DNA of 60,499 nt. Origin: Elusimicrobiota bacterium. Lineage in GTDB: Bacteria; CG03; SLGR01; PWQF01. Numbering within the stretch: position 1 is the first letter of the stretch; each line of letters starts with the position of its first letter. A program made the translations under genes and the position numbers. The notes beneath the pieces were generated by a model. The model was not told the origin of the DNA. It searched no databases and saw only the letters and a list, made by a program, of their open reading frames with translations. The DNA is taken from positions 1 to 60,499 of the forward strand of contig PWOI01000078.1 of assembly GCA_003557485.1 (NCBI GenBank), in the 5' to 3' direction. Positions 48,601 through 58,144 of this stretch are shown here, piece by piece.

Positions 48601-49789
48601 AATGCGCACCGGCTGCATGGGCTGCAATCTCGTTAAGGACAAAAATATTGTCGCGCTCCTTTTCAGGAAGCGAGGCCTTTATTGCCCCCGAGACAATATC
48701 CCGTCCGGAACCCGTAAGCCCTAACGCAGCAACCGAACGGAAAAGCCCGGCCGGAATCTTTTTCAGAAGGGTTTTTGCGGCCTCAATGGGCTGTCCGGAC
48801 GTTTCTGTATATGATTCAAAAACCGGCCGGCCCCCTTTAATCACTACAAGCTTGCTTCCGGTAGACCCGATATCAAGTCCGGCTATCGTTTCAGAGGGAA
48901 GGTCTGTATTTGTCAAGGAAGGTTCCATTCGGCGCACCCTGGTAAGTGCTTCTGAAAGAGGAGGTAGATACTTAAGGGAAGAATCCGTTTTTCCCTCAAC
49001 ACCCGTCTTTTTAGTTTTGCCTGATATTCCCTCAAGCGCTGCTCCGAGCGCTTCAAAGTAAAGATGATTTTCAGGTATTACTATTTTCGTATTTTCCGGC
49101 AGATTGCGTTCAATTGCATTTTTTATTCTATTGAGGCCGGCAAGCCCGCCGATCAAAATAAGCAGGGGCTTAATTTCTTTTTTGAGTGCCAGCTCAAGAG
49201 CACTTTTTGCTGTTGCGTCCAGTATTCCTGCGGTAACTTCCTCAATACTGTGACCAGTATTCAGAAGGTGTGTAAAGTCCGTTTTCATTGTAACACCGCA
49301 GCGTTTTGTAATATCTGTTCCCTCAGCGGCCCCGGCCAGTCTGTCGGCCTGTTCCATAGTCAGGTCGACTCTCCTTAAAATCTGGTCCAAAAAACTTCCT
49401 GCGCCGGCAGCGCACCGGGGATTCCGGCTATATTCAGATATTCCCGTACTTTCAATATTAAGTACGGAAAAACCGCCGCCCCCAAGCCTTATGACAGTAA
49501 GGTCCCGGTCTGGATATAGGAAGCGGGCTGCTCTTTCCTGGGCCGGGCGTTCAACTATGGAGGGAAAAGGAATATTAGCCCTGAACTTGCCTGTAGCAGT
49601 AACAATATCACTTTTTTTAATATTCCATAATTTTTCAAGCTGCTGGAAATGCTTTTCTACTTCCTGTTTATGTGCGGCAAAATATTTATCGCTTATGCGT
49701 ATGTTTTTACCGTCCGATTCAAGAAGAACAGCCTTGAAGTTGATTTTTCCCGCATCTATTCCTATTAAACGTTTATTTTTATGATTCAT
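45626..49789 (-). CDS. Multidomain 2-hydroxyacyl-CoA dehydratase activase-like protein (two BcrAD/BadFG ASKHA domains, DUF2229, dehydratase-like C-terminus)
   Basis: CAAGAGSFL; LDIGSTGSK, NEIAAH, DIGGQDAK, CSAGTGSFL, CAVF; SCGPDSF, GKECLP, GPCRFG.Y, GPFECMP. Confidence 0.9.
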   Translation of the reverse strand: MNHKNKRLIGIDAGKINFKAVLLESDGKNIRISDKYFAAHKQEVEKHFQQLEKLWNIKKSDIVTATGKFRANIPFPSIVERPAQERAARFLYPDRDLTVIRLGGGGFSVLNIESTGISEYSRNPRCAAGAGSFLDQILRRVDLTMEQADRLAGAAEGTDITKRCGVTMKTDFTHLLNTGHSIEEVTAGILDATAKSALELALKKEIKPLLILIGGLAGLNRIKNAIERNLPENTKIVIPENHLYFEALGAALEGISGKTKKTGVEGKTDSSLKYLPPLSEALTRVRRMEPSLTNTDLPSETIAGLDIGSTGSKLVVIKGGRPVFESYTETSGQPIEAAKTLLKKIPAGLFRSVAALGLTGSGRDIVSGAIKASLPEKERDNIFVLNEIAAHAAGAHFYDNSVDTVVDIGGQDAKYVRLDSGRVIDSCMNTVCSAGTGSFLAEQLSCLGIENVEKFGEMALQAPRAVDLGQHCAVFISEQIDEVKRKGAAIDEIVAGLYYSIVLNYDNRVKGGREYGKKIFLQGKPATNIALAAALSAVTEREITVPPSPGTPGALGIAVLTAKELSGKFAGGVLPDFGQFLESRITERKTFRCTSTTGCTDGNLCTIHRIKVSLSGKEKIFFWGGACDKFESASGEKALAAKIPDVFAEREKLIRSYTDKGSGKAETVGIPRGLETEEILPFSAAFFRSLGFQVKIIEDWGMSLIEKGAGLCDSTFCAPLQIVAGQAKVQENENFIFLPKILEVSSRNNSNNEGRCYACPLSQAAPDMLSPRLTGCVVSPVLNLKNGLKKNLKEFLRLRKILKVSSSSIRSAFRAGLAAQQAFVRDCLETGRNALEFAEKNNLPAVVVLGHPYIVNSPLISSGIPDSIRQSGAVAIPASCYPFKSGLKGFNRIFWGYGRDLLQAAQDIRKTRGVYPLWLSVYSCGPDSFLIHFFQYICHGKPYAILESDAYTGQAGFNTRIEAFIYGIRNYVYPEKEDYTDFEDLCSTVTVSAAMNNGGKILIPNMGETSSTAAAVLNSIGANALALPPDTKEHLELGRRYTSGKECLPMIITLGGLLKFLENNEGSYYYMMPRADGPCRFGKYHLLFRIALEKAGFGQRVEIISPSSVSGYNQQINGPSMAKAWAATVFTDILRDALLDIRPEEKNEGSTQKIFDLYLSEIEKTANKNSCSWKGVRTLWGIEELSRKAAKSFKEILRDDSKMNKPTVLVTGEIFLRLNSFSNNNVIGELESLGVKIKLAPFREWINYVNWLRRQGLTLPKSNPFKIRAGTAVQEMIERKIYGIFADALDWPEDHPVVEILEEARDYLKDLKPLGEAALTIGLPLLLWKKKEIDAAVVVGPFECMPTRIGETQLNRIARQYRFPVLSLSYYGEAPDRDILEGFTHLL

Positions 49790-49809
49790 ATATACCTTCT
49801 TTATGAATG

Positions 49810-49838
49810 ATTCTATAGAAAGTCATCGCGCTTGTCAA
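49810..49838 (-). promoter_or_regulatory. Sigma70 promoter of the activase gene
   Basis: Minus strand TTGACA-17bp-TAGAAT, then SD AGAAGG before ATG 49789. Confidence 0.7.
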
Positions 49839-49885
49839 AATAAGTGTTTCAAAAACCATACACAGTAATTATTGCTACAATCTTC

Positions 49886-49913
49886 TTGAATAGAAAATCT
49901 AAATTTGTATAAT
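49886..49913 (+). promoter_or_regulatory. Putative sigma70 promoter of ispH-rpsA
   Basis: TTGAAT-16bp-TATAAT, divergent from the activase promoter. Confidence 0.55.
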
Positions 49914-49949
49914 TTGGCGTATGACAGCTAATGAAAAAAGAGGACTCAC

Positions 49950-50807
49950 GTGGCAAAAATTTTAAAAAGCCGGCACTGCGGTTTCTGTTCCGGCGTAACG
50001 CTTGCAATAAAAAAAGCCCGTGCAGCTGCAGCCGGGGGCAAGATATATACTTTAGGGCCTATAATACACAACCCTCAGGTAGTTGAAAATTTGAGAAGAA
50101 ATAATATAATAGACAAAAGCAGTTCACCCGCAGGCATAAACTCCGGAAGCTGCGTATTGATAAGAAGTCACGGCATACCTCTCAACACAGAAAGGGAACT
50201 GGAAAAGAAAAACTGCCGTATTGTGGACGCCACATGTCCCAAAGTTAAAAAAGCCCAGGAAATTTTCAGCGGGCTGGCTGAGAAATATGGTAAGGTTTTT
50301 ATTGTAGGCAAAAAAACCCACCCTGAGGTTAAGGGTATTATATCCAGGGTGCCTCTAAAGGGTATTGTTCTGCTGTCCCCGGAAGAGGCAAAAAAAATTA
50401 AGCCAGGGAAAAAAGCGGGAATTATAGCCCAGACAACATTCAGACGGGAAGTTTTTTTTGCGACGGTATTTGAAATAATTAAAAAGTTTGACGTGGTTGA
50501 AGTTCATAATACTATATGTCAGGAAACTGTATGCCGGCAGGAGGAACTGAAAAAACTCGCGAATAAGGTTGATGTCCTTTTTATTGCCGGCGGCAAAAAC
50601 AGTTCAAACACAAAAAGGCTTTTTGAACTGGGGTGTGAGATAGTAGACACATACCACGTAGAAACACCGGAAGAGATTAAGCCGTCCCATCTGATGGGCC
50701 GGGTAAACATAGGTATAGCGACGGGAGCTTCAACTCCTGTAGAGATTGTGGAAGAACTTGAAAAGAAAATCAAAGAAATAAAAAATCTAAACAAGGAGAA
50801 TATGTAA
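49950..50807 (+). CDS. ispH: 4-hydroxy-3-methylbut-2-enyl diphosphate reductase
   Basis: GFCSGV, IIHNP, IRSHG, DATCP.V, HPEV, AQTT, NTIC, GG.NSSNT, GASTP. Confidence 0.96.
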   Translation: MAKILKSRHCGFCSGVTLAIKKARAAAAGGKIYTLGPIIHNPQVVENLRRNNIIDKSSSPAGINSGSCVLIRSHGIPLNTERELEKKNCRIVDATCPKVKKAQEIFSGLAEKYGKVFIVGKKTHPEVKGIISRVPLKGIVLLSPEEAKKIKPGKKAGIIAQTTFRREVFFATVFEIIKKFDVVEVHNTICQETVCRQEELKKLANKVDVLFIAGGKNSSNTKRLFELGCEIVDTYHVETPEEIKPSHLMGRVNIGIATGASTPVEIVEELEKKIKEIKNLNKENM

Positions 50808-50812
50808 CGGTT

Positions 50813-52486
50813 ATGGTAGAAAAAAAATTGAGTATGGAGGATGTAGTAAGGCATGTCGAAGAGCAGACAAGCCAGGGACGGGTAATCATTGGTACCATTA
50901 TTGACATAGATAAGAAAAAAAATGTGGTAATGGTTGACACGGGACAGAAGGCCGAAGGGGTTATAGACCTCGAAGAATTTGAAGGCGAGGAAATAAACGT
51001 TGGTGACGAGGTTGAAGTTTATGTCATAAAAAAGAGCCATGACTACGAACACCCGCCCATTCTATCACACAGAAAAGCAAAACTTGAAAAGAAAATTGAG
51101 GATATAGAAAAGGCGTTCAGGGAAGAACTTGTCCTTGATGCGAAACTTGAAAAGAAAATAAAAGGGGGAATCATAGCTGATATAGGCGGCGTTAAGGCTT
51201 TTATGCCCGCTTCTCTTGTGGGCTATCCTATGGTAAAAGACCTTGATACTGTCGTGGGAGAAACCGTACCGTGCCGTATAATAGATTTTGAACGCGACAA
51301 AAAAAATGTTGTCGTTTCCTGGAAAAAAGCGATCGAAGAAGATGTCCGCAGGCAAAGGGAAGAACTCTTTGAACAGCTTTACCCCGGAAAACTTGTAAAA
51401 GGTGTCGTTTCCGGAATAAAAAGTTTTGGCGCTTTTGTGGACCTTGGGGGAATAGATGGCCTTCTTCACATAAGTGAACTGTCCTGGGGACATGTTGACC
51501 GGGTGGAAGATATGCTTGAAGTAGGACAGGAAGTCGAAGTAAAAATCAAAAATTTCAACCCTAAATCAAACAAAATTTCACTCAGCCTGAAGGATACAAT
51601 GCCCAATCCATGGGAAGATATCGAAGAAAAATATGCTATTGGTTCGGTTTTTGAGGGGAAAATAACCGGCGTTACTTCCTACGGCGCTTTCGTGGAACTG
51701 GAACCCGGTGTCGAAGGGCTTGTCCGGACAGAAGAAATTTCCTGGACAGAAAATGTGAAACATCCTAATTCCGTATTAAACAATGGCGACGAGGTACAGG
51801 TAAAAGTAATTTCCATAGAAAAAGAAGGCGAAAAGATGGCTCTCAGCATCAAGCAGACCCAGGCAAACCCATGGGAAGAGATCGCCGAAAAATATCAGGT
51901 TGGAAACGTATTTGAGGGAGAGATAACGCATATTACCGATTTCGGCGCTTTTGTTATGATTGAACAGGGAGTGGAAGGGCTCATACACATAAGCGATATA
52001 ACCTGGGAAAAAGAGATTAACCATCCAGAAGAAACTCTGGAAGTGGGACAGAAGGTCAAAGCAAAAATACTCAATATAGATCCGGACAAGCAGAAGGTTT
52101 CTCTGGGCCTTAAACAGCTTGAAGACAATCCTTACAACGATTATCCCGCAGGCTCTGAAATTGAGGCAAAGATTAAGGATGTCCAGCGCGGCGGGGCCTA
52201 TCTTGAACTTGAAAACGGCCTTGAGGCTTACCTTCACATATCAAACTATGATTCGGAAAGAACCGATGATCTGAGGGAAGTCCTGAATGAAGGTGACGAA
52301 CTTAAGGCGAAAGTTATAAAAAACGATCCGGAAAAGAAATATATAGAACTCAGCAGGAAAGCCCTCATTGTATCCAAAGAAAAGGAAAACATGGAAAAAT
52401 ACATGGATCCTTCTTCAGGCCAGGGAGCTTCTATTAAAGATATTCTGGGAGATAAATTCAAAGGGTTAAAAAAAGACGAAGAATAA
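50813..52486 (+). CDS. rpsA: 30S ribosomal protein S1
   Basis: Six S1 domains (FGAFVDLGGIDGLLHISELSW and similar). Confidence 0.97.
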   Translation: MVEKKLSMEDVVRHVEEQTSQGRVIIGTIIDIDKKKNVVMVDTGQKAEGVIDLEEFEGEEINVGDEVEVYVIKKSHDYEHPPILSHRKAKLEKKIEDIEKAFREELVLDAKLEKKIKGGIIADIGGVKAFMPASLVGYPMVKDLDTVVGETVPCRIIDFERDKKNVVVSWKKAIEEDVRRQREELFEQLYPGKLVKGVVSGIKSFGAFVDLGGIDGLLHISELSWGHVDRVEDMLEVGQEVEVKIKNFNPKSNKISLSLKDTMPNPWEDIEEKYAIGSVFEGKITGVTSYGAFVELEPGVEGLVRTEEISWTENVKHPNSVLNNGDEVQVKVISIEKEGEKMALSIKQTQANPWEEIAEKYQVGNVFEGEITHITDFGAFVMIEQGVEGLIHISDITWEKEINHPEETLEVGQKVKAKILNIDPDKQKVSLGLKQLEDNPYNDYPAGSEIEAKIKDVQRGGAYLELENGLEAYLHISNYDSERTDDLREVLNEGDELKAKVIKNDPEKKYIELSRKALIVSKEKENMEKYMDPSSGQGASIKDILGDKFKGLKKDEE

Positions 52487-52490
52487 CTAA

Positions 52491-55261
52491 ATGAAAAAAC
52501 TCCATCTTTTTCTCCTGATTTTTTTTTAACTTCACACCATCTTTACGGTGCTTTTCAGCTCAGGAGAGAAAAATTTGACTGGACAGAAGCCCATACACCC
52601 AACTTCATAGTATATAATTACATTACCGGAGAGGCAGATCAAGAACTGCTTCTTGACCTGCTAAACCGTCTTGAGCTTATCAGTGATGATATAAGCGATA
52701 TTCTCAACCTGGAATTCCCGGGTAAAAATGTCGTTTTCATATACAATAACCACACCCATTTCAGACAGAACAGAATAGCCGCTGTAGGTGAAGGAACTCT
52801 AGGTTTTGCCGACAAATTTAAAAGCCGCCTTGTAATTCCTTACATGTCGTCTCCTTATGAACTTGAACACCTGATGGCCCATGAATTCACCCATATAGCG
52901 CAGTTCGAAGCTCTTTACGGAGGATTCTGGCGTTCCGCACGCCTTATAAAAGGGCTTTCCGGTATGGAACCTCTCTGGATAATGGAGGGTATGGCAGAAA
53001 CCATAGCGCACGACATCCTTGAAAAAGACTGGACCTCATACGACAGGATGATAATCCGCGACGCCTATCTTTACGACAGGCTTTATACTTTCAGAGAACT
53101 TCAGAACTTTGCTCCTCTTTACAAGGATATTTACCTGGGATACAAGCAGGGTCATTCGGGAATGGACTTTCTTGTTGAAAAGGAAGGGCGTAATATTCAC
53201 CAGCGGCTACTGAAGTCAATGCGCAACAACTTTGACCCTCTGAAGGCTTTCGAAACCGCCGTAACCCAGTTCAGGGACTTAAGAGACTTTAATTCTAAAT
53301 GGAAAGAATGGCTTGGAGAGCAGGTTGAAGAAGAAATTCAGGGAAGGGACCGCGCTGAAGAAACCTACACCTCACTTCTGAAAGATGACGGCGACACCAG
53401 AAATCCCGCACATGTTTCTCCCGGAAGCTTTTATTATGTAAGCGACCGTTGGGGATTAAACGAGATTTATCTGCACACAAAAGGTCAAGACAGAAAAATA
53501 CTTTCGAATCTTTTTGTATCCGGGGCTGACAATCTTATAACAGGCGACCGCATATATGACAGAATCATAGATTACTGCCCGCAATCAGAAACTCTTGTTT
53601 TTGCTGCCAGAAGAAACCAGCGTCCCTATCTGTATATTTATAGCGCTGGCTCCGGCAGTCTTGAAAGAATAGATACAGGCCTTGAAGAAATACGTTCACC
53701 GGCCGTTGCCCCGGGCGGAAAAATGATAGCCTTTACAGCAAGGGAAGGATTTAACAGGAATATATATATTTATGATTCGGCTACAGGAAAAACCAGGGCT
53801 GTCACAAATGACCGCTACCCGGATTTCGGACCGATTTTTTCTCCAGACGGCAGCAAAATAATTTCCGCCTCAGAGAGGTATTACAAAAAAGACCTCAGAG
53901 AAATAGAGATTGAAACAGGCAGTTACACCTGGCTTACCGATACTCCGCACAACGATTTTCATCCTTCCTATGCCGGAGACGATAAAATAATATACATATC
54001 CGATAAAAACGGAGTAAACAATATATATTCCCTTAATTCTTCAACTACGGCTTTAAGAGTTACAAATATTGAAAGCGGCGCTTTTTACCCGGTTTCCGCC
54101 GGAAACGGCAAAATCCTGGCATCTCTCTATTATGACGGAAAACACAGGGTTTCGGAAATACCTTTTATCGGTGAAGACACAGTTTTGCCCGAGGAGGAAA
54201 AAGTATTCACTGACCCTCTTGGAGAAATCGTCATAAGTACCGCTAGCGTCTCAAAGCGGAGGGCTCGCGGAAGATTTTCCACGGATTTCTTTTTTCCCAG
54301 CTTCCTTTACGCGACAGATATTGGTTTTGTGGGGGGAGGGGTTATAAGAATGTCTGATTATTTTGCCCATAACACCGTAGAGGCCTACGGCTGGGCCTGG
54401 CCCGGTTCTTACGAAACCACTCTTCAATATATTAACAGTAAATATCGACCTGACCTGTTTGTTGCGCTTTCAGCTGACAGAACAGAATACAGGGCAATTG
54501 ACCGTAACAAGTACAGGCGTACGCGGCTTGGCGCACAGACAGGCTACAGGTATCCGCTGACAAGGTATACGGCATTCACCCATTACTTTCAGGCCTCAAG
54601 CCGGGAAGTTCAAAACCTCGATGAGAAAGAAACAACTTCATACCGCAGCGATACTGGAACCGGTTTCATCCTTCAGCGAAATACTGCAATACTGAAACCG
54701 TTTCAGGCCATAAGGGGCGGACGTATTTCTGTTGGAGCATACCTTTCCCGGCCAATGGAAAAAGACGGACTTGACTATAATACATATTCTTTATCAGCGG
54801 CAAGATACACTCCGCTGAGAAGAAATCTTATCATGGCTAAAAGAGGAGACTTTGTGAAATCCGAAAGAGAAGATGCCAGAAGATACGGACTCGGTGGAAC
54901 CAGCCTTAGGGGATATTCAAGTAATTCCTTTACGGGAAGGAACGCTGCTGTTTTCAGTACGGAGCTAAGGGCAATGCTCTTTCCCCGGATGAACTGGCAC
55001 ATTCCATTTATGTGGCCGGATATAAATTTATACAGTTTTTCCGCGAAAGTCTTTACCGATGCCGGAACCGCTTTCAATGACAGCAATCCGCCTGATACAG
55101 CGGAGAAGTGGGGTTTTTCTTACGGCTTCGGATTCAAACTTAATTTTTATATGCTTCAGCTTGCTCCCGGATTTCTAAGCGTAGAGTTAGCAACACCATA
55201 TAAGGACAGTGATACCTGGAGAGTATACTGGAGTTTCGCTGCCGGCCATATAGCATGGTAG
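52491..55261 (+). CDS. Peptidase-MA-like + PD40/TolB propeller + Omp85-like C-terminal barrel; frameshift in T9 tract at 52519-52527
   Basis: ATG 52491 MKKLHLFLLIFF hits TAA right after T9. The shifted frame is open from there (LTSHHLYGAFQLRREKFDWTEAHTPNF...) into the 805-aa ORF. HEFTH...WIMEG, SPAVAPGG/PIFSPDG repeats, GG..LRGY, FTDAG, terminal Trp. Confidence 0.8.
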
Positions 55262-56835
55262 ACGGAGGCAATAACCATTCCCATTCGGATGTAGTAAACA
55301 CGGCAACTTCGGTCTCTTCCGCAACACTTATATCCCGTGTTCTTGGATATACCAGGGATATGCTTATAGCAAATTTTTTCGGGGCATCAATGGTTGCCGA
55401 TGCTTTTTTCGTGGCATATAAAATACCTAACCTTCTGCGGCGGCTTCTCGGTGAAGGATCGCTCTCTACATCCTTTATACCGGTATATACAGAATACCTT
55501 ACTAACAGAACAGAAGAGGAATCACAGAAACTGATTAAGGCGGTTTTCGGCGCTTTTACCGTACTTTTTATAATTCTCACCGTTGCAGGAATAATTTTCG
55601 CTCCTCAGATTGTAAGGGTAATAGCCCCGGGATTTGCCGACTCTCACCAGCAGCTTCAGTTGACTGTACTACTGACCAGGATAATGTTTCCATTTTTAAT
55701 GGCAATAGGGCTTGGCGCAATAACCCTGGGCATACTCAATTCCTGGCGAAAGTTTTTTCTGCCGGCAGTTGCTCCGTCAATGCTCAGCATATCGGAAATA
55801 CTCTTCATTCTTTTTCTTACTCCTTTTATGGAGCCTCCTATAAAGGCTCTGGCTATCGGAGTTGTAGTAGGGGGATTCTCCCAATTTGCAGTGCAGGCAG
55901 TGCCGATAATAAAAAGACATTCAATAATGCCGGTTATAAACCTTAAGCACCCGGGACTGAGACGGATTATCCGACTTATGCTGCCGGCGGCTATAGGACT
56001 TGCAGTTTTTCAGGTAAATTCTCTTGTTGACACCATCTGCGCCACTATGCTGGATCCGGGCAGCGTAAGTTTTCTTTATTACGGGAACCGCCTTGTACAG
56101 TTCCCGCTTGCTCTTTTCGGCACCGCAGTGGCAACGGTTGCCTTGCCGATGATGTCGGAAAATGCCGCGCGCAAGCAGATGACAGAACTGAAAGATACCT
56201 TTTCTTTCTCTCTTCGGAGTATATCTTTTCTGATACTTCCCGCGGCGGTAGGCCTTATAATATTCGGAGAACCCATAGTGCGGCTTCTTTTTCAGCGCGG
56301 CGAGTTCACTTCCGCCCACACTTCCCAAACTTCCTGGGTCCTTATCTTTTATTCCACAGGACTCATATTCTTTGCAGGAGTTAAGGTAGCCACCAGCGCT
56401 TTCCATTCCCTGCAGGACACAAAAACACCTGTTATAGTTGCCTCGGCAGCCATGATCTTAAATGTGGGCCTTAATTTGACAGTTGTTTTTGTTGAGCCGG
56501 TAAAAAACTATTTCGCTGCAGGCGGGCTTGCCCTGGCAACTTCAATAGCATCGGCTCTTAATTTTATCCTTCTCGTAATAATTTTCCGCTACAGGAACGG
56601 ACTCATAGGAGGAAAACGAATAACTAAATCCGTTTTTTCTCATATATTCGCATCTGCGGTTCTTGGCATTTTTCTTATTTACTCAAGGAACTGGACTGAA
56701 ACCTGGAACATCTTTATAAGGGTTCCGGCAGTCATAGCAGCTGCCGCAGCTCTTTATACATCGGTATCTCTTATGCTTGGAATCCCGGAAATTGAAAGGA
56801 TAAAGACAACATATATGAAAAAAAATGAAAATTAG
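55255..56835 (+). CDS. murJ: Lipid II flippase MurJ
   Basis: SRVLGY.RD, ADAFFVAYKIPNLLRRLLGEG, RLVQFP, LFQRGEF, DTKTP. Confidence 0.96.
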   Translation: MVDGGNNHSHSDVVNTATSVSSATLISRVLGYTRDMLIANFFGASMVADAFFVAYKIPNLLRRLLGEGSLSTSFIPVYTEYLTNRTEEESQKLIKAVFGAFTVLFIILTVAGIIFAPQIVRVIAPGFADSHQQLQLTVLLTRIMFPFLMAIGLGAITLGILNSWRKFFLPAVAPSMLSISEILFILFLTPFMEPPIKALAIGVVVGGFSQFAVQAVPIIKRHSIMPVINLKHPGLRRIIRLMLPAAIGLAVFQVNSLVDTICATMLDPGSVSFLYYGNRLVQFPLALFGTAVATVALPMMSENAARKQMTELKDTFSFSLRSISFLILPAAVGLIIFGEPIVRLLFQRGEFTSAHTSQTSWVLIFYSTGLIFFAGVKVATSAFHSLQDTKTPVIVASAAMILNVGLNLTVVFVEPVKNYFAAGGLALATSIASALNFILLVIIFRYRNGLIGGKRITKSVFSHIFASAVLGIFLIYSRNWTETWNIFIRVPAVIAAAAALYTSVSLMLGIPEIERIKTTYMKKNEN

Positions 56836-58075
56836 GGACCTTCCTTCAAAACCCGGCGTATATATTTTCATGGACTCCGCCGGAAAAGCAATATATACCG
56901 GTAAAGCTGCCGACATAAAAAAAAGAGTCCGCTCTCACTTCTCCGGAGGCGGCGGGCCGCGCCAGTTCGCTATGATTTCCAGGGTAAGAACCGTTGATTT
57001 CATAACAACTAAAAACGAGCAGGAAGCCCTGGTTTTGGAGGACCGCCTGATTAAGGAACTCCAACCCCGCTACAATATACTTCTCAGAGACGATAAAACA
57101 TACCCGTTTATGGAAATAACGCTGGGAGAAAAATACCCTGTCCTAAAAATAACAAGAGAAAAGCCAGAAAAAAAATCCCGTGTTTTTGGACCCTTCCCTA
57201 ATACTGCCGACGCGCGGAGGGCAGCAAGGATACTTGAAGACATCTTCCTGCTTAGAAAGTGCAAAAAATTTACCTCTAAAGAAAAACCCTGCCTTAACTG
57301 GCAGATAAAAAAATGTCTCTCTCCCTGCACCTCACAAACCGACCCCGACGAGTACAGCCGTAATATTGAAGAACTCCTTATGTTTCTTGAGGGTAACAGG
57401 AAAAAACTGCTTCAGCGTCTAAAAAAAACAATGAATAAGTATAAAAAAAATTTACAATATGAAAAGGCAGCGAGGGCAAGGGACAGGATTACCGCACTGG
57501 AAAGTATTTTTCCGATGGTTAATTTCAGAAAAATAAACGCTGAAAAAATTAAGGCGCTGAGAAAAATAGATCCCCTTGAGGATATTAAAAATATAATAAA
57601 GCTTAAAACAAAACCCGTTGTGATAGAGGGTTTTGACATCTCTCATACATCATCCGGGCAGGCCGCCGGATCTTCGGTCCGTTTCACAGCAGCAGTTCCG
57701 GACAAACCCCATTACAGAAAATATAATATAAAGCAGCAGCGCACTTCCGATGACCTCAAAATGATTAAGGAAGTAGTCTACAGGCGGATGAAACGCCTTA
57801 AGGAAGAAAAAGCCCAATTACCCGACATTATACTTATTGATGGCGGAAAAGGGCAGGAGGAAGCGGCAAAACAGGCCCTTAAACTCTTGAACATAGAAAA
57901 AATAAAAGTTCTTGCTTTGGCAAAAGAAAAGGGGAACATCTACTACAATGGTAAAATTCTTGATATGAATAAGAACTCGGAAGCCTTTAAACTCCTTAAA
58001 AGAATAGACAAGGAAGCCCACAGATTCGCTCATAGCCACCATCTGAAAAGAAGGAAAAAGGAAAGCGAGAATTGA
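56825..58075 (+). CDS. uvrC: Excinuclease ABC subunit C, short form
   Basis: PGVYIF...YTGKA GIY-YIG, PRYNILLRDDK.YP, Cys cluster, YEKAA..RD UVR, EGFDISH, LIDGGKGQ, EAHRFA; no HhH tail. Confidence 0.88.
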   Translation: MKIRDLPSKPGVYIFMDSAGKAIYTGKAADIKKRVRSHFSGGGGPRQFAMISRVRTVDFITTKNEQEALVLEDRLIKELQPRYNILLRDDKTYPFMEITLGEKYPVLKITREKPEKKSRVFGPFPNTADARRAARILEDIFLLRKCKKFTSKEKPCLNWQIKKCLSPCTSQTDPDEYSRNIEELLMFLEGNRKKLLQRLKKTMNKYKKNLQYEKAARARDRITALESIFPMVNFRKINAEKIKALRKIDPLEDIKNIIKLKTKPVVIEGFDISHTSSGQAAGSSVRFTAAVPDKPHYRKYNIKQQRTSDDLKMIKEVVYRRMKRLKEEKAQLPDIILIDGGKGQEEAAKQALKLLNIEKIKVLALAKEKGNIYYNGKILDMNKNSEAFKLLKRIDKEAHRFAHSHHLKRRKKESEN

Positions 58076-58100
58076 TTTTGGCAATACTAAGTGGTAATAT
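58072..58100 (+). promoter_or_regulatory. Putative sigma70 promoter (extended -10)
   Basis: TTGATT-17bp-TAATAT with TG at 58092-58093; SD GGAGG before ATG 58145. Confidence 0.5.
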
Positions 58101-58144
58101 TCCATTAAAGTTCAGTGTATTTCTCAATAAACGGAGGCATATCA

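Noticed and set aside
49921-49965. 14-aa leaderless uORF (MTANEKRGLTWQKF) overlapping the ispH start
   Set aside because: It could arise by chance; ispH has its own SD and there is no conservation evidence.
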